From the NCBI GenBank assembly GCA_004022145.1, contig RCNU01000003.1: a stretch of DNA of 64,000 nt. One strand, given 5' to 3'. This document shows positions 51,296-64,000 of this stretch, one piece after another; within the stretch, counting starts at the first letter, position 1; each line of letters begins with the position of its first letter. This stretch comes from Paecilomyces variotii (taxonomy: Eukaryota). The notes under the pieces were generated by a model that did not search any database, was not told the DNA's origin, and worked only from the letters and a program-made list of their open reading frames with translations. The position numbers and the translations under genes are program-made.

Positions 51296-52695
51296 ATGGG
51301 TACGGCGATTGATGGACTGACAGCTTCTCAACCATTGACGTCTCGAAGGCCAGCAGCACAAAGCCTGCCGAGTTTCGAGCTACCTCCTCCTCCATCTCAG
51401 TTCCCATTATCCAGCTCAAACCAAAAATATCATTCTCAGTCTAACATACATCCTCCAAACGTGAGCGTTGGCAACTTGCTGACTCCTCCATCTAATCACT
51501 CCGGGGAAACAAACAACACTATCCATTCAGGCGCAGCTTCAAATACGGCCTCAGCCTCACAGGAAGTGCCTTCTTATTCTTCCGGTTACTGGCCGGGACA
51601 GAACTCCTACGGATACGGTTCTGCAACGGCGCCTTCGCAGTCGTGGAATCAGGGTGTTCATGCGCTTTTCCAGCCGCGTGGATATTCGCCCTTAGTAGGT
51701 TCCCTTGGTCGCAACACAGCCGGTACGCCCAACACAAGCGAAGGCATGTCGCAGCCATACGATATCAATCAGCTTCCGCCTTTCCAGCAATCTCTTCCTG
51801 TTTCATCTCCTACTGTGGCATCGCCCGCGGTGCAGCAACATCAAGCCATGGCGCATGCGATGATGAGCGCGCAGGGCACGCCGCCCAGTTCCGCGCCTCC
51901 CTCTCAGCAATTCACGGCTGCAGACCCATACGCATCGAAGCCTGCTTCGACACCTATATTTGGAGGCTCGCAACAAGCTCCGAATGCTCCTTATCCTTCG
52001 TATGGCGGCCCTTCACCAATCTCACACGGTGGGCTAGGTATACACCCAGCTGGTCCGAGAATGCAGCCTGGACCAAGTCAGTCACCGACTGGGCAACCCA
52101 CGCAATTCGGATACAATCGCCCTCCGTGGCCATCATATTCCCTCCCCGCGATGAGCGGGCCGGTCATGACGAATGTACATAGCCCCAATGGTCAGATGTC
52201 ACTTATGGGCGGCATGCAACCGGGAGTTTTGCCTGGCTTCAACAGCGGACAGGTTGCGAGCATGCACCATATGTATGGAGGCCATCCTTCTCACCAGGGA
52301 CATGGACAGCCAGGTCCACCCAACGACCGGCCGTTCAAGTGCGATCAGTGTCCGCAAAGCTTCAACCGAAATCATGATCTCAAACGGCATAAGAGAATCC
52401 ATCTTTCAGTAAAGCCGTTCCCATGTAATCATTGCGACAAGAGTTTCTCGCGGAAGGACGCATTGAAGGTGAGCTAGCGAGGGTTATTTCTTTTTTCTAC
52501 GGGCCTCACTAACAACCTTTTTTTCCTCTATAGAGACATATTCTGGTGAAAGGCTGCGGCAAGGATACATCTTCTGAAGGTGGAAGTGCGAATCAGGCTG
52601 GGTCCGTTACATCGAGCAAGGATGAGGACGGGGCAGTCACGAGGACCGATTCAAACAGCGACAAGCAGAGCCCTGTACTCAATGGGCATGCCTAG
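51296..52695 (+). CDS. C2H2 zinc-finger transcription factor with long P/S/Q-rich N-terminus
   Basis: Exon 1 51296-52468, intron 52469-52533 (GTGAGC..CTAAC..TAG), exon 2 to TAG 52695. Fingers: FKCDQCPQSFNRNHDLKRHKRIH and FPCNHCDKSFSRKDALKRHILVKGC. Confidence 0.92.
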
Positions 52696-53949
52696 AGGTT
52701 ATACAGTCCGTCTAGAAGCGGCTCCTGCCTAGGACCTCGTCCTAGTATCTCGATCCTAGTTCTCCTCCTCTCCCTTTCGCCTCTTCTTTTCTTTTTCCTC
52801 GACCATTTTCCTTATTTCGATGTATTTATGTTGGGAACGGTGACGATGGCAAAATGCTTCCATACTTTGCGTTACGGGTCGGGTCTGGGATATGAGCCCA
52901 AGCGCTCAAGAGATTGTTTACGTTGTGTTTACGCTGCATCGCTGTTCTGGTTTCTGGTGTGGGTCAGCAAGTCTGCGGAAATGGGTGTGTTCTTTTTTTT
53001 TTCATACTCCAGGATCTGTTACCCCTGGGTTTTCCAAGCGATCTGAAGTCGGGTTTTTCTCATCTCTGTTTCCTATGGTGTGGGTCTCTTCCTTTTTCTC
53101 TACTTTACTCGTCGATGCCTCTTCCGCTATATCTATCATGCACGTGTCCTGTATCACATTGTAGCAAAAAGGCTCATTTCCTACTACTATTCGGCGTGTT
53201 CTTTTCTCTTCCAATTCAAATCATGTCACGAGTCACGGGTGTACTTAATTATCAACTTGTCAACAAGTCATTGCAACTTTACTCGCATCCTTCACTATTT
53301 CCTTCTCATGGGTGTTTCGCGTCTTTTTCTTCTTCTGCCATCCGCCCAGCGCACGCTACGCAGCTTGGCAGCGTTTATCGGTTCTTGACATGAGTAGTAA
53401 CTCGAGTCAGACTGAATCATACTCCGCACTACTATAGATACTAATGAGATACTTTACCACGCTATCCGTGCGCGACCTTCGGCTACGGACCGGATTGGGT
53501 TAGCTGCTTTAGCTTCTTGGTGTTCTTCTTTTTAACTTTTTTCCTCGCGCTCTACAGAGTGGTCGAGACTCACACTATCTACTTCAAATTCGCCACCCCA
53601 ATCGTGGGGACTGAGCATCAGCATCTAGACAAGCCCGTGTTATCTAGCGGGGTAATTCACACATTCTTTCCAGGGTCAGCCTGCGAAAAGGCGAGATGTG
53701 GTATTATGATGCCCTCGCGTCATCGTCAGTGATGTGCCTGGATACTTAGCGCTGAAGTAAAAAAAGGAACTAGATACGGTTGAGAGACGGATAGCAGGGA
53801 CGAAGACAGATGTGGGAAAAGAAAATGATCGGCTAAGCTTTTGTCGCGAAATGGGTCTGTCTACTTTACTTAGTGGTATATAGTGCTGAATTAAGTTGTT
53901 GAAGTTTAGAACGCTCCGAAAAACAATTTTGCGGAAACAAAAAAAGAAT

Positions 53950-54037
53950 CTCCGGGACGGGGAGTCGAACCCCGGTCTCCCGCGCTCGTTCCTATTCGGA
54001 TGACAAGCGGAAATCATGACCGTTAGACCATCCCGGA
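53950..54037 (-). tRNA. tRNA-Asp(GUC) with 16-nt intron (53985-54000)
   Basis: TCCGGGA/TCCCGGA acceptor stem, D arm TGGTCTAACGGTCATGA, anticodon loop TT-GTC-A|intron|C, GGTTCGACTCC T-loop, downstream T-run terminator. Confidence 0.95.
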
Positions 54038-54444
54038 TCTTGTTGTAATGGTACTCGCTTTTCTGATTTATTATGGTAGAAGTAGATTTGTTGGATATTT
54101 GACGGCTGTGTAATTGATGTTGTTGGTGTTTGTAGGATGGTACTTTTTGTTTATTTATTTAGAACTGTGTTTACGGTTGTCAGTGTTTATACTCTAGTTA
54201 TGTAGTTTTCAGGTATCGGGCTGGTAAAAATCAATTGTTGGTTGTCTTCACTGTCTGACTCCTGGCTAAATATATTTATCGGATGCGTTTCGTACGTTCG
54301 ATCGCGGGTTGGCCTAGGTACAGATTTGACCATCCAAGACACTGACCATGGTATGAAATTCGAAGCACAGGACTATCTAAATCTGCCTCTTCCTGTTTAC
54401 CCACAGTTCTATTGCGCCAATTGCATGTATCCCACTTCGTACAC

Positions 54445-55795
54445 CTAGTCCGTGAGCGTAAACAGCTCATGAATTGCGGGCCCGGATGTAAAAGGCTCAC
54501 TCTGGCTACTCAGTTTACCCTCAACGGATCCAATCCAACGGGTGTACAAAGTAGGCACCTCTGCGGTCACCGTCTTCGTGGTGACATTCACAGACAACCT
54601 CCCACCTTCCGCATCCCCCAGATCAAAGTCCATCGAGAAACCATCTGGAGTATCACCCTTGCGAGGCGGATATCGCGTATCCGGACCCATAGTACTAACA
54701 CTGAACTGATCAGAGCTATTAGATGCGCAGAGAATCCTGCCGTTCAGAGAGACATAGCTGTTGACGTAGTGCTCATGAGAAGGAGTAATGACCGAAAACC
54801 AAACCAAGGAATAGTTCCCTACACGTCCGTGGCCCCAGTACCAGGTTCCGACGAGAGTTTCGAAAGGCGCATCGGCCCAGTTCTTTGAATAGTATAGTTA
54901 GCTTCAACGGACCGGTATGCATGCAGGTGCAGGGAGAGATTATAGAGCTCACTTGGTCGTGGTATGCGGATCCTTCAAATTGCAGGTCAGTACCCTTGAT
55001 GTTGAAGTTGACCGTTCCTTTTGAATCTGGAATAGCATTCGTCCAACCGATATGAGGGGCGATCTGCAGGGATTGTTTCTCCCTATCATTTACGGGACCA
55101 GAGGGATAATGCGCTGGTGCGATCTTCAAGTAGGAGAAGAATGAATTTATAGTCAGTACTCGAAAATTCAAATGTGCCCCGTGTTGACGCAGAAAACAAT
55201 CAAATATAGAAGCCAAGGGAATGGAAGCAGTGCAACGTACCGAATCCAACTCAAGTGTCCCGCTAATATCCATCTCATTCGACTCGATTGTCACGGTATA
55301 TTTCTGCATCTTTGGATCTCCATCCCATCTGAAACCGGTCGACTCCCAGCTCCCACTAGATCCATCTCCAATGGTGGTGATTGTCGCAAAACTGGCAGTC
55401 GTGTACCCCGTGTACACAGTCCCATTGGGAAAGGTCGCCCAGACGTATGCTACCGTGACAGAGTCGCTAGGCAATATGAACGGGAACGCAAGTGAAGTAG
55501 AGGTGAAAAAGATGATGGTGAGGGAATTTAAGAGATCTGTCGAGACGGCGTCGAAATACCACCACTGGGTGACAGTGCTGTTGATGAAATCGAGCTTGGG
55601 ACTATCGACGCCTGTGAATAGACCCGTATCATTGCCAGTCGAGGAAGAGAATTGAGCGTGGCTGATTCCATTCTGGACCGTTCCTGGATAGACCTTGACA
55701 GAAGTCGCTCCCTGGTTGCTTCCAGGAACAAAGACGCGTGAAAACGCTATTTCTATGAGGGAAAAAACAGTGACCAGGAGTCGGAAACAGTTCAT
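54445..55795 (-). CDS. Secreted CrtC/AsqI-PenF/Diels-Alderase-like double beta-barrel protein
   Basis: Hydrophobic signal-like N-terminus and motifs QWWYFDAVS, APAHYP, IGWTNAIPD, AYHDQNW and WYWGHGRVG.YSLVWF. Introns 55124-55240 and 54883-54952. Confidence 0.75.
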
Positions 55796-56797
55796 ATTGA
55801 TGAGTGAGTGCAGTTTGTTCTGCTAGAACGTGTTTAACCTAGGATTGGTGTAAGGAGAAATAGAGGGTGTGGTTCAGAGATGAGGATGAAGGTGTCTCTT
55901 TCGTTTCTCCTGCAATGAGCTTTATCTGATCAATGCTTGAGTACGGAGGCTATAGAAGGGTTAGTACACCAATAAGCAGAAAATTTTTCACAAAAAAACA
56001 AAAACAAAACAAAAGGATGCGCGTCTATAGAGCGTACCTTAGTGTGCATAAGTGTCTTATGTTCGTCCTCAATTTGCCGGATGTTCCCTACTTGCAAAGA
56101 TGCCAACAAGCAGAAGCAAACAACAATGAGAAAAGGGCGAGCAAAGAGGTACGCATGCATTTGCAGAGATAGCCAGTTACCATGGGTACCATTGGGGCTC
56201 CTGATCTTCGATGATTCCCACGCGAAACACTCGAGCCGTCCTCGGAGTTGTGTCACGCCCTTCCCTATTGCAGAACAAAGAGATAATACACCGCAAAAGC
56301 GGTTATAAGCAAACAGTCAAAATGTAGTCCTCATCCTCAACTCAAAAATCGCTCACGAATGTATGTAGATGAAGATAAGCACTGCATAAAATTCCTGATA
56401 AAGGGCTCGTGAAGCCGCTCTAAACAACACAAGAGTATAGAAAGCAGAGCCGATCGGCGAAGACCAACCCTTAACAACAGCAACTCCATGTTGGCAAAAC
56501 CACAACTATGATTCCTTGGATACCCCTGCAAAGTGTAAGTTATACCCAATATTGATTTGAACGCCCTGCATTCTATGTGGTTCTTTGTTGGCATGGACCC
56601 GACGTACCCGTGAAACCTGGGACTAACGTAGGCAAGATACCCCGATATAGACGCTATATTGTCTGGCTACCTATGCAGGTGTATTACTCGGGATATACAG
56701 TACATAAAACAAGACGACGAGAAAATCCGAAGGTACCAATGATTGAAATGAGTTGATATAACAAATATCGCGCACAAAGTTCGAGTACATCAAAAGG

Positions 56798-58520
56798 TCA
56801 AGACTTCATTTGCACATCACTATTAACCTCCTTAGAGGCTCTGAAAACTTCCACTCCTTCTATCTCGTCCCTAGGACCAACGCCTAGTCGCGTTGCTTCC
56901 TCAGTAGTGAACGTCCCATAGTAATCAGACTCATCGACCTCGCCGAGTCCCATAGGCGGCCATATCTTACTTATAGCCACGTACAAAACGGCACTGATAA
57001 CGAACCCGAGCGGGAAGGCAAGGTCATAGAGTCTCGTGCATCCAACTGGAACAGTGATCTTTGGATTAACTGCATGTACGAATCCCGGCAGCAGCGGAAT
57101 GAACCCGACCACCCAGGCAGCAAATGAACGCCAATTGATACCGTAGAGGTAGTAATATATACCCTGGGGTCGAGGGTCGTAAAGGTCACTCAGTTTGATC
57201 CGTCGAGACCTGATGATCCAGTAATCCGTAATCATGATCCCACACATGGGACCAAGGAATACAGAATAGGCAGATAAAACCTGGATGAATGTCGCAGCGC
57301 TCGCGAGCAGCTCCCAAGGACACAGGGCGATTGAGATGATGAGACCAATATATGCACCACGGCGGATGTTGATAAATTTGGGAAACAGGGCGCTCATGTC
57401 CATTCCGGTCGAGAATGCATTATCAACCGTGTTGATGGCTAGCTGGCAGATGACAAGGCCCACTCCTGCAAAGAAGGCTCCTGCTCGAGATTTTGCATTG
57501 TAATCGGTATCTAGCCACTGGAGGGCGATTTCTGGTGGGTTCCAGAGGGCTTCACCGTAGATTCCCATCGTGGCAGACGATGCCAGGCAACCAAAAAGCG
57601 GCATGACGGTACCAAACAGTATAATAGAAAACCATTGACCGAACACCTGATCGCCTGGCCTTCGAGCGAAGCGAGAATAATCTGCTTGGTTGGTCAGGCC
57701 GACCGCAATACTCCCGATTACCGATGTGATACCACTGACGATGGACCATCCAAGCTCAGTGGACCCGTTTAGAGTCGAAGGCCGAGAGAGGAGCGGACCA
57801 GCCCCGTTGGCAGCAGAAAGGGCCCAAATCATTATTCCCAGAAGGGTAAAAAAAGATACGGCGTTCATAGCCGCGAGTAATCTCTTAGTCTTTTCTGGCG
57901 GTATGTACATGATCGGGATACTGATGACGTTATAGAGGATCCATCCTATAAATTGCTTGGTGGTCAAATGGCTTGACTCGGGAAAGACGTTATCCAAGTG
58001 TTGGAATCCCGAGAATATCGATGCCAGGATGGCCGTCACGCATAATCCTCCCGTCCAGCTCTGAACAGCAAGCCAGACAAGAGAGAGCAGTATACGCTGC
58101 AAAAGCATGAGATATGAGCCGTAAATGCCCCATACTGATATGCGTTAGTATGTGGGCAGTATGATAAACCCGAACACCATCTGAAAACATACCATTCCTT
58201 GAAAACACAGGAAATCCAATGTGCCAGTCTGCCCCAACATAGCCGTTAAATACAGCGACCAAGGATATGATGATCTTTCCGACAATGATCGCAACCATAG
58301 TTTGCCAAACCGACAAGCCGGCGGCAACTAGAGAAGCGCCGACCTGCCAATTGCTTAGGCAGAGATTGTTGATAGCCCAGAACGATATATATGCATATTT
58401 CCCCCAAGTTCGCCGGTATGGCGGTAAAGGACGGATATCATCGTTGATCCAGACGGAAGATGTCGTCTCCTTCGTGGTCGGGACAGCCAGCACGTCGACG
58501 AGTCGATACCAGGAGAACAT
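56798..58520 (-). CDS. NCS1 permease (second paralogue)
   Basis: WINDDIRPLP..RRTW, HIGFPVFSR|VWGIYG (intron 58135-58192), NQADYSRFA, INIRRGAY, CPWELL, VFLGPM. Confidence 0.92.
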
Positions 58521-58682
58521 TGCTTATGTAGTAGTCGTAAGATCGTAGAACTAGTAGGTCCAGTTCTGAGAGACGGAAGGAGTAGGCATGCCAAATGTTT
58601 CGAAAGGCTCGTTGTGTTGAAACCGCAATAGCATACTCAAGGGCAGTCGGCATGCGCAAGAGGTAGGGCGCCATAGGCAAGG

Positions 58683-59903
58683 TATATAAGTTCTACAATG
58701 TCAATGGGCGGTCGTCTAACAGCCACTGGGGCAAGATAGGCAAGACTAAAATCCTGATAAGAAATTCCGAGGACAATGCTTATCAGATATGGCTTCTGCA
58801 GAGCCCACTAGGGGCTGCTCGACAGGGGTTCTCTGCGGAATCGATATTCAGCATCCAGAAATATATTAGGTCCTTTAACTATCATTCCGGATGGTCCTTG
58901 CTAGCAAGTAATAGAAGATAAGAAAGAGTGAGCTTAAATGAGTCGTTGCGATCGAACGCCTCTTTGTCCGGCTACGAGTATGCGCTACCCCAGGCTCCCC
59001 CTCACGGCTCAGGGCACCCAAATAGAGCCGAGAAGTGCACTGGTATATCCGTGCGCCTGATTGCCATCTTTCGCCTGGATTGGTCTCGGCCAGAAAACGG
59101 GATTGCGGCATGAGAACCGATGCTATGAGCACTGGCGCGGCGTCTATCATGCAGCTAGACAAGCGTTCTCGAGCGTCTTAAGGGAACTATTAGTTGTTTC
59201 CAATGAGAAATCACCGCGATAGGAATGCCTGTTCATCTCACGCTTGGTAAAAGGCCAGACCCACTGCTGTGTATGCTAACTTGCTAAGTATCAAGACGCT
59301 AAGGTTAACGTTCAGTTTCTTCATCGCATGCCTCTGCGTGGACCGGACGCCAGTGCTTGCTATCGTGTATAAGATATCGCAACTTGCAAGACCAGAGGTG
59401 ACAAAAGGGATTTACCTAATCGAAGAATAATAAACCATCTGTCACGGAGGTTGGGCTTCGTCGAAGAAATGGGGGCAAGAGGAATCTCCGTGTACGTCTG
59501 TCGGTGTTGTTCGGAGAATCGGCCACGTGATTGGTGGACGTTGTTGACTCCGGACGACTTCCGCGAGACTTTCTGACATCCAGTAGTCAAGCGTTCTAGT
59601 TGGAAGTTCCTGGATCATCTTATCTTTCGGCCATGTCGCTTGGCCGATCAAACGGAGAGGGGTCTTTAGTCTACACCCCCCAATTCCACAGTGCAGACAA
59701 GTCCGTCTTTTGCCATACGAGTCCGAACGGGGTAACGCTCCACTTAGTTGTAGCGATGTCGTTATCGGATCATGATGCGAGATTGGAAATCGTGCGGGAT
59801 GCCTCAGAGACGCAAATCTCCGAAAGTCCACTGCGGAGTGTATAAATGCTCTGCAACCTTCTCACCTCCAAGATTGAACATCACGACTGCTTCCTATCGA
59901 TAG
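58683..59903. promoter_or_regulatory. Bidirectional promoter with GATA sites between the NCS1 permease and hydantoinase::DUF917
   Basis: HGATAR or its reverse complement at 58734, 58755, 58779, 58879, 58916, 59619 and 59894. TATA-like elements at ~58683 (permease side) and 59841 (hydantoinase side). Confidence 0.55.
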
Positions 59904-59936
59904 CCTGTATCGTGAATCAGAGAAAGTGGAAGAAAC

Positions 59937-62900
59937 ATGGCTACGCCGCAGGCCTTCTATCGCATAGGTGTTGATGTTGGAGGCACAAACACAGACTCGG
60001 TGATTCTCGATACCCGTGCCTCAAATGCGCCTAATCGCGGGGTTATCGCGCTGAAGAAGACTCCGACCACGAGTCCCAACGTCACAGATGGAATAGAAAC
60101 CGCAGTGAGAAGCGTGTTGGAGGAGTCAAAGGTCCCAAGGGATCAGGTTGCATGTCTTACTATCGGAACTACCCACTTCATCAACGCGATCGTCGAGCAT
60201 GATGTACGCAGACTGTCCAAGGTCGCCATCATTAGGCTATCAAAATCTTTCACTAAGGAAGTTCCGCCGTTTTCGGACTTTCCGCCAGCCTTGAAAAAGA
60301 TTATGAATGGTCATTACGGCTTCGTGGACGGCGGTTTGCATATCGACGGGTCGCAGGAAGCACCGATAGTTGAAGAGCAGGTTGTACAGCAGTGTGCCGT
60401 TATTAAGGAAAAGGGCATCGGCGCTGTTGTCATATCCGGAGTCTTTTCACCCATCGACGAACACTTCCATCAAGAAGACCAGGTTCGCAAGATTGTGCTC
60501 CGCGAGCTTCCCGGAGTCGATGTTGTGTGCTCCTCAGAGGTCTCCCAGATTGGCTTTCTGGAGCGGGAGAACGCTTCAATTCTAAATGCATCGATCCTCA
60601 AGTTCGCCAGACGAACAATTCGCGGTTTCCGTGCAGCTATGAAGCGGTTGGATCTCAAATGTGCCCTCTATCTGACCCAGAACGATGGCACCCTGATCGA
60701 CGCTCCCGCTGCTGCTCGACTGCCTATTCGGACATTCTCCTCTGGACCAACAAACTCCATGCGAGGAGCTGCCTATTTAGGCCTTCAAGGTTCAGACGAT
60801 AAGTCGGAGCGAACCGCAACCATTGTGGTAGACATAGGAGGCACAACAACTGATGTAGGGGTGCTCTTGCCCTCCGGATTTCCACGTCAAGCGTCAGCCT
60901 ACGTTACAGTAGCAGGCGTGAAGATAAACTTTGGAATGCCGCATATCGAGTCGATTGGCCTGGGGGGTGGTTCTATCGTACGTATCGATGGAGAGCAGGT
61001 CAGCGTCGGACCGGACTCAGTGGGACATTACCTCGACACTAAGGCGACCGTGTTTGGAGGCGATACCTTGACTGCCACAGACATTGCAGTCGCAGCGGGA
61101 GAGAAGATCGGGAACCCAGAACTAGTCAGCCACCTATCAAAGTCGACAGTTGCTACGGCACAAGCGAAAATGAAGCAAATGCTCGAAGGCGTAATTGATC
61201 TTATGAAGACATCACCTGCTCCCCTGCCTGTTCTTCTTGTGGGAGGTGGCTCTGTTATCTCGCCCACTGAATTGGAAGGCGTATCCAAGGTGGTCTGCCC
61301 TCCGTTCCATTCAGTAGCAAACGCCGTTGGCGCGGCTATATCGAAGGTCGGGGGTACTGTCGACTCGATTCAAAACACTGCAGAACAGTCAGCCAAAGAA
61401 ATTGTGGAGCAGGCGAAAGCAACCGCCATCGAACGTGCTGTTGCTGCTGGCGCTCTCAGAGAAACTGTATACGTTGCGGAAGTCGATGCCATACCCCTGC
61501 AGTATGTAGCCAATCAAATGCGCGTTATTGCTCGTGCAGTTGGTGAACTGTCACCGGAGAGCTTACCGCTAGCAAATGGTGTTTCAGCAGAAGAGGAAGA
61601 GGATGGAGAGGAAGAGATCTACAACGAGGGCGAGAAAACCAAATCTTCCCAGGAAGAAGGTGAGATGCCCACTGTGGACATCGATTCGTATCGGCCAAAG
61701 GTAGTCAAAAACCCGGAGACCGGCAAACACGAGTGGATAATCTCTGAGACGGACGTTGCTTGGCTGGCAGATGGGTGTTATGTTCTTGGATGTGCTGGTG
61801 GAGGTTCTCCGTTCGGCGAATACATCCGGATCAGAGACCAGATCCGTCAAGGCTATACTATCCGTGTGATCGACGCGACTGCATTGGAGGATGATGCTGT
61901 TGTTTACTGTGAGTTAACCGTCATTCCCTACCATCAATGCGATTTTACCAGTTCTTGCTAATACTAGTTAGGGGGTGGCCATATGGGATCACCTGCAGTT
62001 TCCGTTGAGCGGTTGGCCAACGACGAGACAGAGCAAGCTGTCCTTGAGTTGATGGAATATCTTGGCCACAAGAAGATCGACGCTTTTATGGATCTTGAGA
62101 TCGGTGGCGCGAACGGATTGCAAGCGTTGGCACTTAGTTCTACAAAGAACCATGGTTGCCCGGTTGTTGATGCAGACTTCATGGGTATGTTCTGTCCTCG
62201 TCTCAACATATTTTGTGATTCAAAACGACGTGGACCTAAGCTTACAATGATTAATCTAGGCCGCGCTTATCCAACATACTGGCAAACCACTATCTGCATC
62301 TATGAGAAGAATCCGCTGGTGCCATGCGCACTCGCTTCCGGGGATGGAAAGACTATTCTTATGACAAAGACCACTAACGATGAGATCGTTGATCGCGCTC
62401 TTCGGGCTGCATGTGCAGAAATGGGCTCCCGAGTCGGGAAGGCCGCTAAACCGACGAGCAAACATAGCATCATCAACTATAGCGTCCTGAACACCGTCTC
62501 CCTCGCATGGCGCATCGGTCGCACCATTGCCCGCGCAGCAGCCACTAATACCGTCAGTACTGTCGCGGAGCAGATGATCGATGAATGTGGCGGCCCTGAA
62601 GCGGCCAAGATCCTGTTCCGGGGCAAGATCGTCTCTGTCGAGAGGCGTCTTTTCAAGGGCCATTCTTACGGCGAGATAACCATCCAGCAAGTGCAGAGCG
62701 GTGAACAAGAAGACGTTTCGACATCGACTCCAGCCGTAGCAACTGGAGGTGTTCTCAAAATACCGTTCAAGAATGAAAACATTTACGCCAAACATGTCGC
62801 AGATGATGGCACAGAGACGTACGTGGCTACTGTCCCGGATCTGATTTCGGTGCTGGACACCCAGTCTGGACGAGCCCTCGGGGTGCCTGAGTTCCGGTAC

Positions 62901-63074
62901 GGAGTGATGGTCACCGTACTGGGCATTACTTGCTCGCCTAGGTGGACAGACACTCCTAAGGGGCTAGAGATCGGTGGGCCCGGTGCCTTTGGATATCACG
63001 ATATCCCGTATAAGCCTCTGGGGAAGTACGTTGAACCGAAAAGTGTTGTTCTGGAATACGCGGAGAAGGAGTAA
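59937..63074 (+). CDS. Hydantoinase/oxoprolinase (A-type, ATP-binding) fused to a C-terminal DUF917 domain
   Basis: RIGVDVGGTNTD, IGTTHFINA, LERENASILNA, QNDGT, SSGPTNSMRGA, VVDIGGTTTDVG, SIGLGGGS and ANAVGAA. After an acidic linker: LGCAGGGSP, MGSP, EIGGANG, DADFMGRAYP, FKNEN and VPDLI. Introns 61909-61971 and 62185-62259 keep one frame. Confidence 0.9.
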
Positions 63075-63971
63075 GCCACTGTGGGCTTCGTTAACGTCAT
63101 GAGATATGTTTATCTTCGATGCAATTTTGTAGAGGCAACCCATATAGTATGCTAGCTACCCTCCTGCTGTCATCAATTAACTATGGTATGAATGTTCATG
63201 AACGTCCAAGACTAGGATGATTGTATAGACAAACCACTAAGTACCATTCCCAACACAATCAGAATTTATCATTATTATCCCTTCCGTCCTGAAAACAACT
63301 AGTTACAGTATACCCTAGAAGTAATCTAATCCAAAAACTAGGGCTTATTATTACTACAACCCCCTGCATCTACGAGACAGTTAGGGCAAGAATCTATCTA
63401 TATATAAATACCTATAACCAAATAGGGCTCTCACAATCACCTGACCTGACCCGAACTATCTAACTCAAGTGTTGGCGGCGGCATGACGTAGCCGACTCGG
63501 AGCTTTCCAAGTCATCCATTACCGAATTAAGTAATATGCTCTAGTTAGTTACTTCTACGTCACCCTTGTCAGATCACCCGGATCTGAGCGCCCGTGAATG
63601 TGTCCAGATTATTAACAGAAAGAAAGAAAGAAAGAAAAACAAAAAAATGATACATAATCCGGGTTTTAGGTGGGACGGTCCCTGTTTTTATTGCATTTAT
63701 TAGAGGACAGGGAAAAGGGTTGGGGGACGCGTAAGTGAGGATCGATCTTATCCTGTCTTGCGGGGGTTTTTCTCACTAGGTTGTTTGCTGTGATTAGGTA
63801 GGTACCTAGTTGTCGTACGATCCAGGGACTGTCGTTGACAGGGATTACGTTTTGGAATAATTACCTAAATTTTCTCCCCTCCCCGTCATGACCTCATTTC
63901 GGTGGTATTTAAAGGGTAGTTGAAGCTTGGGTAAATAACCCTGGTCCAGATCCCCTGGTGAATTTAACTAA

Positions 63972-64000
63972 CTACCTTATCTACCTTATCTACCTTATCT
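63972..64000. repeat. Tandem 9-mer (CTACCTTAT)x3+, running off the window edge
   Basis: Read directly. Each unit contains AGATAAG on the minus strand. Confidence 0.8.

Noticed and set aside
51296-52695. Naming the C2H2 gene flbC, mtfA or brlA, or naming the C6 gene
   Set aside because: The finger sequences do not match those factors as I recall them, so symbols are left blank pending a BLAST search.

Overview
Eukaryotic window from a filamentous ascomycete, most likely Eurotiales (Aspergillus/Paecilomyces/Talaromyces-like). This is inferred from short GT-AG introns with CTRAC branch sites, an areA orthologue, a dispersed 5S rRNA gene and an intron-containing tRNA. I hand-spliced 14 protein genes: two NCS1 permeases, IPI1, a class-V PLP enzyme lacking the desulfurase Cys, a Roadblock/LC7-like protein, a PAQR/haemolysin-III protein, a small 4-exon gene missed by the ORF track, areA, a Zn2Cys6 factor, a large uncharacterised protein, a dienelactone hydrolase, a C2H2 factor, a secreted CrtC/AsqI/Diels-Alderase-like protein and a hydantoinase-A::DUF917 fusion. 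There are also a 5S rRNA, a tRNA-Asp and two decayed pseudogenes. The best candidate for an undescribed system is the divergent NCS1 permease + hydantoinase::DUF917 pair, which shares a GATA-rich promoter and may be a nitrogen-regulated catabolic module for a cyclic (thio)ureide. No database searches were run, so family calls rest on motif recognition.
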